Assembly (NCBI GenBank): GCA_020184695.1
Contig: JAANOX010000101.1
Coordinates: forward strand, 124,001-188,000
Direction of reading: 5' to 3'
DNA length: 64,000 nucleotides
DNA from: Histomonas meleagridis 2922-C6/04-290x
Lineage: Eukaryota > Protista > Parabasalia
The translations under genes were made by a program, and so were the position numbers. The notes beneath the pieces were generated by a model. That model searched no databases and was not told the DNA's origin. It saw only the letters and a list, made by a program, of their open reading frames with translations. Within the stretch, counting starts at the first letter, position 1. Each line of letters starts with the position of its first letter. Positions 1 through 10,286 of this stretch are shown piece after piece.

Positions 1-3000
1 TTGAATTTAAATAATTTCCAAATATTATTTTGAAATATTAAATTATTAAAATAAAATTTAAATAAATCAAATAAATATCTTGAGCATTAATATCAATTCC
101 TTCTTTTTCAAGAAGTAATTTAACTATTTCTAAAAACTTCTTTTTACTTGCATAAATAAGTGCTGTTTTTTTTAATTTAAGTAATTTCCAAAAATTATTT
201 AAAAATATCAAATTATTAAAATAATGATTAAATAAAATAAAGAAATATCCTCAGTATTAATATTAATACTTTCTTGTTCAAGAAGTAATGTAACTATTTC
301 TCTCCTATCTTCTTCAGAAGCATACATAAGTGCTGTTTTAAATAACCTGAATAATTCCCAAATATTAAAGAGAAATATAAATTTATAAAAATAAGCCCTA
401 TATATTAAATCCTAACATTCTTAGAATTAATATTAATTCCTTTTTGTATAAGTGATTTAACCATTTCTATGTCACCTACTAAAGATGCCAATATAAAAAT
501 TATTTGAAATAATATGAATTATTTTCAAATATTATCTATAAATATCAAATTATTAGAAAAGAAATAAACTTTAGTTAGTATATCGATTCCTTTTTGTTTA
601 ACAACTGATTTAAGTAATCTCTTATAATTTTTTTCAGATGCATTCATAATGTCTACATATAATTATTTAAATAATTTCTAATTATCAAAATAAAATATCA
701 ATATCTTGTAAATTAATTTCAATTTCATCTTTTTCAAGAAGTAATTTCACTAATTCTTTATTGAAATTTTTTAATAAAAATATGAGTGCTGTAAAATATC
801 ATATGAATAAAAGCCAAATATTATTTTGAAACATAAATTTATAAACATATACGCTGGGTAATACATAATAACATCTTTTGCATTAATATCAATACCTTTT
901 TGCTCAAGAAGTATTTTAGCTATTTCTTTTTGCTTATAAACAGCTGCATAAATAAGTGCAGTTTCAAAAAAATTTAATAATTTCCAAATATTATTTTAAA
1001 ATATTATATTATTCAAACAAATATTATACATAATATATAAATATTTTTAGCATTAATATCAATTCCTTTTTGCCTAAGAAGTAAATTAACTATTCTTATA
1101 TTCCCATTTTTAGTTGCAAGCATGAGTGATGTTTCATATACTTTAAAGAATTTCCAAATTTTGTTTGGAAATATAAAATCATCAAAATAAATTAAATAAA
1201 AAGTTAGTAAACAGTTTTGGAATTAATATCAATTCCTTCTTGTTTAAGAAGTAGTTCCACTATTTCAAAACGATTTTCTTCAGATGACCAAATAAGTGGT
1301 GTTAGTAATATTGTAATTTTATTCCAAATATAATGTGCAAATATCGTAATATTGAAATCAATATAGAATCAAAGAAAAAAACATCTTTGGAATTAATATC
1401 AATTCCTTTTTGCTCAACGAGTGTTTTGACAATCTCAACATGACCATAAATAGATGCATAAATAAGAGCCGACCAAAATATTTTAAATAAATTCCAAATA
1501 TTATATTAAATCATTAAATTATTAAAATAAATCCAAACTTAAAGAAATATATATCTTGAGCATTAATATCAATTTCTTTTTGCTCAACTAGTGTTTTGAC
1601 AACATTAATACGACCATTTTCAGCTGCAAGATTAAGTGCTGTATTAAATAGACTAAATAAATTCCAAATAATATTTATAAATATTAATATATAAAAATAA
1701 ATATTAAATAAAACTTTTAAACATTATTAGCATTAATATCAATTCCTTTTTGTTCAAGAAGTAATTCAACTACTTTTTGATGTCCTTTTTTAGATGCAAG
1801 CATAAGTAATGTATTAAATAATTTAAACATTTTCCAAATTCCATATTGAAAAATAATATTATGAAAATAAATCGTAAAACAATAAATTGAATATCTTTAC
1901 AATTAATGTTTACATTTTTTTGTTTTAACAAAAATTTTATTACTTCTATTTGACCATATAAAGATGCATAAAAAATTGCTGTTTTATATAATTTAAGAAA
2001 AACTCAAAAATTACTTTTAGATATCAAATAAATATTATGAACATTAAATTAAAAATCTAAAGATCTTTTGCATTGGTATCAATTCCTTTTTGTTCAAAAA
2101 GAAATTCAACCATTTTTATACAATTCTTTTTAGCTGCTTTCATAAATGCTGTTTCAAATAATATAAATAATTTCCAAATATTATTTTTGAAATAAGAACA
2201 TTAAATAAAATAAATAAACATCTTTAGCATTTATATCAGTTTCTTCTTTTTCAAGAAGTAATTTAACTACTTCTATGTGGTCACTTTCAGCTGCTTTCAT
2301 AAATGCTGTATTAAATAATCTAAATAATTTCCAAATTTTGTTTTGAAATATAAAATTATTAAAATAATTATTAAATAAAACAGATAAATATCTTTAGCAT
2401 TAATATCAATTCCTTCTTGTTCAAGAAGTAATTTAACTATTTCTGTATAACCTTTTATAGATGCTTTAATAAGTGCTGTATCAGATAATTTAAATAAATT
2501 CCAAATATTATATTGAAATAGAAAATTATTAAAATAAATTTTAAATAAAATAAATAAACATTTTTAGCATTAATATCAATTCCTTCTTGTTCAAGAAGTA
2601 ATTTAACGATTTCTGTATGACCATTTAAAGATGCTTTCATAAGTGCTGTTTCAAATAATATAAATAATTTCCAAATATTATTTTGAAACAAAAAATTATT
2701 AAAATAAATTTTAAATAAAACAAATGAATATCTTTAGCATTAATATCAATTCTTTCTTGTTCAAGAAGTAATTTAACTGTTTCTGTATGATAATTTAAAG
2801 ATGCTAAAATAAGTGCTGTATAAAATAATTTAAATAATTTTCAAATATTATTTTGAAATATTAAAATATTAAAATAAATAATAAATAAAACAAATAAATA
2901 TTTTTAGCATTAATATCAATTCCTTTTTGACTAAGAAGTAACTTAACGATTTCTGCATGATCATTTTTAGATGCAATCATAAGTGCTGTTTCAAATAATA

Positions 3001-4624
3001 TAAATAATTTTCAAATATTATTTTGAAATAGAAAATTATTAAAATAAATTTCAAATAAAAGAAATAAATATCTTTAGCATTAATATCAATTCCTTCTTGT
3101 TCAAGAAGTAATTTAACTATTTCTGTATGACCATTGTAAGATGCTCTAATAAGTGCTGTCCAAAATATTTTAAATAATTTTCAAATATTATTTTGAAATA
3201 TTAAATTATTAAAACAAATAATAAATAAAACAAATAAATATTTTTAGCATTAATATCAATTCCTTCTTGTTCAAGAAGTAATTTAACTATTTCTATATGA
3301 CCTTTTTCAGATGCGTACATAAGTGCTGTATAAAATAATATAAATAATTTCCAAATATTATTTTGAAATAGAAAATTAATTTTATCAACTTCCATTAAAA
3401 TAAAATGACATCTTTATCATTTATTCCAATTTCTTTTTGATCAAGAACATATTTGATTAATTCTATATTTGTTGAATGTATAGAATATATCAAAAAACTT
3501 TTTGGAATTTGTTTTCCATTTAGAAAATCCAAAATAAGAAACAAATCACCAAGGCTGGCACATTTATTCATAATAAAATCATTGATTTCCATTCCTTTAT
3601 CTAAAAAAAATGAAAGGAGCTCATAATTATTAAATTCAATACATTTTGCACCTAGTTCCTCCAAATTATTGAAACATGCTATTTTATTTTCATAAAGATA
3701 ATAAAAAATATCATTTCGATGAAATATAATTGCTGCTTCATATGCATCATCAAATGATGAATGATTTTGTTCACATAAATGAATAATTTCAATGTTTTCA
3801 CTTGCAACTGCGTATTTACCTGTGTTTTCTACTTTAGAACCATTCATAAGTAAAAATTTAAAACATTTTATAGATCCAAAAAATGCTGCATAATCAATTA
3901 ATGTAATATTTCTTTGATTAATAAGTGAACATCTTTCATAAAGTGATGGTTCAATTGTTTGATTAAAGTTAAAATCATTTTGTGATGATATTTCTTGAAG
4001 TTTTTCGACTTCATCATTTCGAATTATCTTTGCAAGTTCATTTGGATTAACTCCTTCTTCAATTAACTTCTTATGAAGTTCCCAATCATTCTTTGATAGT
4101 TCATCATAATTTTTCCTGAAAGTTTTAAGAAATGAATCATTATCAAAACCTTTGTCTTCTATATTCTTATAATATTCTTGGTAAGATTCATTTTCTGTAT
4201 AATGTATAAAATACAATGTTTTTTCGTTTTTAACAATATCTGGACTAATTAAATCTTGCTTGATAAGTTTTACAAGAAGATAATATGGTTCTTTCACATT
4301 ATGTAATGAAAAAAGAAACTGTGTGAAGATTTCGATTGGTTTTTGATTATTTGGACTGTGGATTTTTTCTTCTCTTTTTTCAAATAATTTCAAATAGTTA
4401 AGGTATAAATCAATATTTTGAAAATGCGATATACAACAATAGTATAATAACTTGCATACTGCAAGTTTGAATGAATATGGAAATGTCACATCATAAAAAT
4501 TTAATGTTGAATCAAAAGAAGTAATAATGTTACTTTCATTTAAATTAAAAATAATTTTTTCAATGCTTTTTAACATATTTATATGATTATCTTTCGAACT
4601 TGATGGATGATTTTCTTCGCTCAT
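1..4624 (-). CDS. DUF3447-type/ankyrin repeat gene (array A). N-terminal ORF 3395..4624 is followed by about 20 ankyrin repeats, each separated by a frame-breaking insert. 3' end lies beyond the window.
   Basis: ORF contains the family motifs IIRNDEVEKLQ and TLIDYAAFFGSIKCFKFLL. Downstream TAL/TPL...EIVKLLLEQxGIDINAKD units recur. On the + strand the motif starts at 3321, 3151, 2981, 2811, 2641, 2471, 2301, 2144, 1974, 1804, 1634, 1464, 1294, 1124, 954 and 784 (mostly 170-nt steps). Confidence 0.85.
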
Positions 4625-4926
4625 TATTTTCCAAGTTGGCCAACTGTAAATTTCAAAGGAAAACGATCATATATACAAAAAACGTTAATTTTCACAGCAA
4701 TCCTTGAAACCAAGAAGTTATATAAAGCAAATGCATTTGTAAATAATTTCTGGAAATAATCTTATTAAATTATGTTGAGACAAATTGAAAAAAAAATCAA
4801 TATTTTTATTCATTTGATTAGATGGTGAAGTATGCATTTTGTCCTGCCAATTATGCATAGAAAAAATTCTATCGTATGCATTCAATTTTCTTATCGTAAA
4901 TTATAAATAGCCGACCACTTTACAAA

Positions 4927-5592
4927 ATGGAAGCTACAAAAGCAGACTTAACTGAACTTAAGCGTATTCTCTCAAACGGATCAACGCCTTATGTTGAATC
5001 ACTTCTTAAGGAAGAAATTGCAAAACTTGAAAAAAAGTTTGCTGATGTTAAGGAAGAAGAATCTTCTTCTGCTCCAAAACCAATTCCAACAACAAGCACA
5101 CACGCACCAAAGAAATCATATGAAACCATTTCATCATATGCATTTAGCGATTCAAATGAAAAAGCAACCATCATCATCCGTAATATTCGTGGACTTGAAC
5201 AAGCCGAAGTTATCTTTGAGCCATCAGAGCGTCAGTGCGTTATTTATGTTATTCGTGAAAAGATGAACATGTCAGATCTCAAGTTAACAATATCACCACT
5301 TTATAAAAAGATTATCCCAGCAGATTCCAAGTACACAAAGCGCAATGAAACTCTTACAATCTCTCTTGCTAAGAAGAAGAAGACATCATGGATGAAACTT
5401 AAGAAATCTGCAACTGATATGAAGAAGCCTAAAGCACATGCTAAAGATGACAAGGTCAAAGAAGATCCAAATGCAGCTTTGATGGATATGATGAAGAAGA
5501 TGTATGATGAAGGTGATGATGAAATGAAGAGAACAATATCAAAGGCAATGTGGGAAGCGCAACACAAGAAACCAGAAGACGAGAAGAAATAA
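4927..5592 (+). CDS. CACYBP: Calcyclin-binding protein/SIP-like (CS domain plus C-terminal SGS domain)
   Basis: CS-like core (YAFSDSNEKATIII...LTISLAKKKKTSW) and SGS motif DPNAALMDMMKKMYDEGDDEMKRTI. CCACTTT lies just upstream of the ATG. Confidence 0.8.
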   Translation: MEATKADLTELKRILSNGSTPYVESLLKEEIAKLEKKFADVKEEESSSAPKPIPTTSTHAPKKSYETISSYAFSDSNEKATIIIRNIRGLEQAEVIFEPSERQCVIYVIREKMNMSDLKLTISPLYKKIIPADSKYTKRNETLTISLAKKKKTSWMKLKKSATDMKKPKAHAKDDKVKEDPNAALMDMMKKMYDEGDDEMKRTISKAMWEAQHKKPEDEKK

Positions 5593-5859
5593 ACAAGCAT
5601 TTGAAGTTCACATAATATGATTTTGAATTTTTTGGAATCTGAATCCAAAATTATAATTTTGAGGTGGATCTGATTTTTTATAAGGTTTTGGATAAGATGT
5701 TTTGCCGAATAATTGGTTTAGGAATTCTAAATTTTGGATGCTAATGATATGTAATTTTAGAATGCTTTCTCATGGTATGTATTAGTGTCTATTTAAGATC
5801 TCTTGATAACCATTCAGCTCCGTTTTATGAAGATGTGTATGGAAATTACTTATTGTATT

Positions 5860-6500
5860 GTTTTTTCCCGCGCAATCAGCAAATGCTGAACTCGTTAAAT
5901 ATTTAATAGAGCAAAAAGGATGTAATATTAATGATAGATATGTTTCAAAATAAGATTAAATGGCAATTATTCAAAATATTTGAAACAGCACTTATGAAAG
6001 CATGCTGAAAATGGTAACACAGAAGTAGTAAAATTACTTCTTGATCAAAAAGGAATTGATATTACTGCTAAAGATATTTATTTGTTTAATTTTCTTTAAT
6101 TTTAAAATAATATTTGGAAATTGTTAAAATTATTGAAAGCAGCATTTATGGATGCAGCTGAATCTGGTAGCCTAGAAATAGTCAAATTATTGTATGAGGA
6201 AAAAGTGATTAATATTAATGATAAAAATATTAATTTAATGTTTAAATAATTTGTGATTTCAAAATATTATATGGAAATTACTTATCGTATTTAAGACAGT
6301 ACTTATGTATGCATCTTCAAATGGTCATATAGAAGTTAACTTGTTAAATTTCTTCTTGAACAAGATGGAAATAATGTTAATTTCAAAAATTGCTTAATTT
6401 AATTCAAGATCAATCAATATGTTCAATGATCAAAAATTTAAGTATTAATACGATTGAAATCGTTGTATTTCATGTAATTTAATACGGCATAATTTAAATG
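5860..6500 (+). pseudogene. Decayed ankyrin array B (about 4 repeats with shortened inserts)
   Basis: TAL-like codons at 5985, 6139, 6296 and 6484. There is an internal frameshift near 6335 and no clear start. Confidence 0.55.
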
Positions 6501-6544
6501 CTAATGGTAGATATCCCAATTAAAAATTATTCGTGAGATAGAAC

Positions 6545-8030
6545 TCGGAAATCCAGCTTTTGATTCTGAAGCATTTTAATTTTGTTCTGTCATTTTTTCA
6601 CAAAATCCTGATTTATATCCACAATCTTTCGTATCTTATCGAACTTCCAACATTTAGCCTTATTTCAAGGCCACTTTTCACCAATTTAATATATCCACCA
6701 TTACAAAACATCAAACAACTTGACGAATTATTAATTCACAACACAAATCCTTGACTTAATATCCACATTTTTACATACCAGTGAAACATATGATTCAACG
6801 TTAATTCTTTCTATCTTAAATTTAATCATTGAATTCATCAAATTCGTCAACGAAATCATTTCAACCTCTGCAGTGTTTATCTTTGAGAATGAAATAAATT
6901 CCCAAGGCTCAACGGAAGCTCTTAAATCTGTTGTCGATGCACTTTATATTCAATCAGCTTCTGATTATGACATTAATATTTATGGTATTTCACAACAATG
7001 CACTACATCCCCAATGAAGTTGTACCATATTATAATATCATAGATTTCATTATCATTAAATCCAGAACAATTTGTACATTGTTATAACTTCGTGATTAAT
7101 TCAATGAAAACTTTAAAAGAGCCATCCCAAATCATCGAATCAATAAATTTGTTTTTTAACCAAAGCATTATGAATGTCATTACTGTTATTGATGATATAT
7201 TTCCATTTATATGTATTAATGACATTGAAATTCGAAAAATACTTTTGAACTGGTTAAGTTATCAATGTAAACCATTATATTGAGTTGACAAAAGGATCAA
7301 TGCAAATAGAAAATGAATTAGAGATCAAAGAGATATCTGATTTTATATTTTTGTGAATCATTTAATTAATATCCAAACTTTATTAAGCTTTATCAACTCC
7401 ATTATAATAGTTTTCTAGTTTCTGATATAAACATCATGATGAAATATTAAGGAAATTACCAAATAATCAAATGATATCATTGATGTTACCAATCATTCCA
7501 AAGATTTTAATATCTTCTGATTCTTCATTAAAATTGTCGATTTATCTCAATATACAATATCATGTCAACACATTGATATAATAAGTATGATATATCATTT
7601 GAATAATTTAGAATATGTTTTAATAATTTTGGTTATGTTTTAATAATTTGAAATATGTTTTAATAATTTGTAATATGTTTTAATAATTTGAAACAGCACT
7701 TCATATAGCAGTCGAAAATAATAATATAGAAATAGTAAAATTACTTTTAGATAAAGAAGGAATTGATGTTAATGCAAAATATATTCATTTGAATAATTTT
7801 GGATATGTTTTAATAATTTGGAATATATTTTAATAATTTGGAATATGTCTAAAAAATTTGGAATATGTCTAAAAAATTTGGAATATGTTTTAATAATTTG
7901 AAACAGCACTTCATAGAGCAGTTAGAAATAATAATATAGAAATAGTAAAATTACTTTTAGATAAAGGAAGCGATGTTAATACAAAAACTATTCATTTGAA
8001 TAATTTAAAATGTGTTTTAATAATTTGGAT
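6545..8030 (+). pseudogene. Fragmented gene ending in ankyrin array C
   Basis: Protein-like fragments in several frames over 6545-7560, then ankyrin units TALHIAVENNNIEIVKLLLDKEGIDVN (7693) and TALHRAVRNNNIEIVK (7903). Confidence 0.4.
7607..7896 (+). repeat. 20-nt tandem repeat (consensus TTTGGAATATGTTTTAATAA), 4 copies at 7607-7686 and 5 copies at 7797-7896, inside two ankyrin inserts
   Basis: Units read directly from the sequence. Each block ends immediately before TTT GAA ACA GCA. Confidence 0.85.
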
Positions 8031-8442
8031 TATTGTGACAAGCATCACTTTTTTAATGTTTTTTAATCGGACTGTATTTTTCTGAACCGTTTTTCATTGC
8101 ATATTTTCATTTAAAATATATATCATTTATATTTTTATTGGAAATCAAATTGTAAGAAAAATAATTTCTTTTAAAAAGTGGGATCGTTTTCTATCGTTCT
8201 AATTTGCTTTTTAGAGGTCGATTGAGAGGATATGGTTGAAATTTTCATGTTAATAAATTTAATAAATCATGTTATTGATTTTGAATTTAATAATATAAAC
8301 CATTACTAAAATGATAATAATTAATCAAGAGTGAACAAATAACAAGGAAACTTTTTGGCAGAAAAAATTATCTTCGTTTCGAATACTAATAAACTATACA
8401 AAAAATATTTTTTATAAAAATATTTAAAAGTGACTTATAAAA

Positions 8443-10077
8443 ATGAGTTGTGACAAATTTCACCAAGAACTTGCAGCATTTATTCAATGGCAAATCCAAC
8501 AAAAAATATTCAACATCAAAGCAAAATATATTTCTCTTTAATATTTGATGTTCTATTAAAAATTCCGGAATTCATTAAAATTTATTGAAACAGTACTTCA
8601 CTGGGCATTACGTGAAGATCACACCGAAGTTGCAAAGGTACTTCTTGAACAAGAAGGAATTGATATTAATGCTAAAGATTTTTATTAAATAATTTTCGAA
8701 TTTCTTCCAATTATTTTGTATTTCAAATTAATTTTTGGAGAATATTAAAATTAATTCAAACACCACTTATTATTTCATCTTTAAAAGGACATACAGAAAT
8801 TGTTAAATTACTTGTTAAACGAAAAGGAATTGATATTAATGCAAAAACTGTTTTTTTATTATGTTTAATCTATGTTTTGATAATTTGGTATTTTAAGGTA
8901 ATATTTGGAAATTCATTAAATCATTTGATACAGCACTTACATATTCATCTTTTTATAATCACATGGAAATAGTCAAAGAACTTCTTAAACAAGAAGACAT
9001 AAATATTAATGATAAGGATAACATTTATTTGTTTTATTTATTATTTGATTTAATGATTTAATGTTTTATAAAAATATTTGGAAATTATTTCAATAATTTT
9101 ATACAGCATTAATCAATGCATCTAAGAATGGAAATGTTGAAATGGCTGAGTTACTTATAGAAAATGGAATTGATATTAATGCTAAAGATGTATGTTTATT
9201 ATATTTAATATTAATTTTAATAATTTGGTATTTTAAATTTATATTTGGAAATCATTTATATCATTTAATTCTGCACTTATATGTGCTTCAAAATATGGTC
9301 GAATTGAAATAGTTAAATTACTTCTTAGACAAAAAGGTATTGATGTTAATGCTAGAGATAATATTTATTTAATATTTTTAATATTTTAATGAAATATTTG
9401 GAATTTTTTCATTTTATTTTGGAGTTCACTTTCTTTTGCATCTTTATGTGGTAACATAGAAATAGTCAAATTACTTCTAAAACAAAAAGCAATTGATATT
9501 AATATTAAAGATATTTATATGTTTAATTTGATATTTGTTAAGATAAATTGATATTTTAAAATAATATTTGGAAATTATTAATATTATTTAACACCCCACT
9601 CATGTATGCATCCGAAAATGGTAATTCAGAAATAGTTAAATTATTAATTAAAAATGAAGAAATTGATATTAATACAAAAAATTACATTTGTTTTTTATGT
9701 ATATTGTTTATTATAAAAAATTAATATTTTAATGGTAAATTTGAAATATGTTTTTATCGTTCGAAACTGCATTAATGTTGGCATCTAAAACTGGTAACAA
9801 AGAAGTGGTTGAATCGCTTCTTGGAAAAGACGAAATTGATGTTAATCTTAAAAATAAATTTTATTTTAATGATTTGATGTTTTTATTTTATATTTGGAAT
9901 TTATTTAATATTCATCATAATGCACTTGTATTGGCATCTTTAAATGATAATAATGATATTGCTAACATTCTGTTATATAAACTTAATAAAGTTAACCAAT
10001 CTGCCTCTTCAAAGTCTCTTCATAACAAATATTCAGGTTGTACAGACATTAAAAAATGGGAGCCAAAGCCCCATTGA
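8443..10077 (+). CDS. Ankyrin-only gene (array D) with 9 inserts
   Basis: ATG at 8443. Thr/Ser-start codons at 8590, 8760, 8930, 9103, 9270, 9423, 9593, 9766 and 9919. The last repeat runs into a unique tail ending KKWEPKPH*. Confidence 0.7.
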
Positions 10078-10286
10078 TATCTTACAATTTTTGAATTAAT
10101 AAAATACAACAACTTCTTTATTAAAATTTTTTGTTAATAAACCAATCTTTAAAAATTACCATTGGTAAAATAAATTTAATTTTTGGTTTAATGTTTGTTG
10201 AAATATTTATTTTAGGGTACCCCGATAATAAACGTTTGCCTTAAAAAATGCCATGGTGCCCTGGATGTTCATAAAAATTATTTTTA

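Noticed and set aside
1301-1306. ACTAAC on the - strand near an insert end
   Set aside because: It is present in one copy only, overlaps the Thr codon and has no downstream AG.
1-3395. Frame breaks as sequencing errors
   Set aside because: The breaks are whole 50-70-nt blocks at one position with constant length, while long AT-rich non-ankyrin ORFs nearby are intact.
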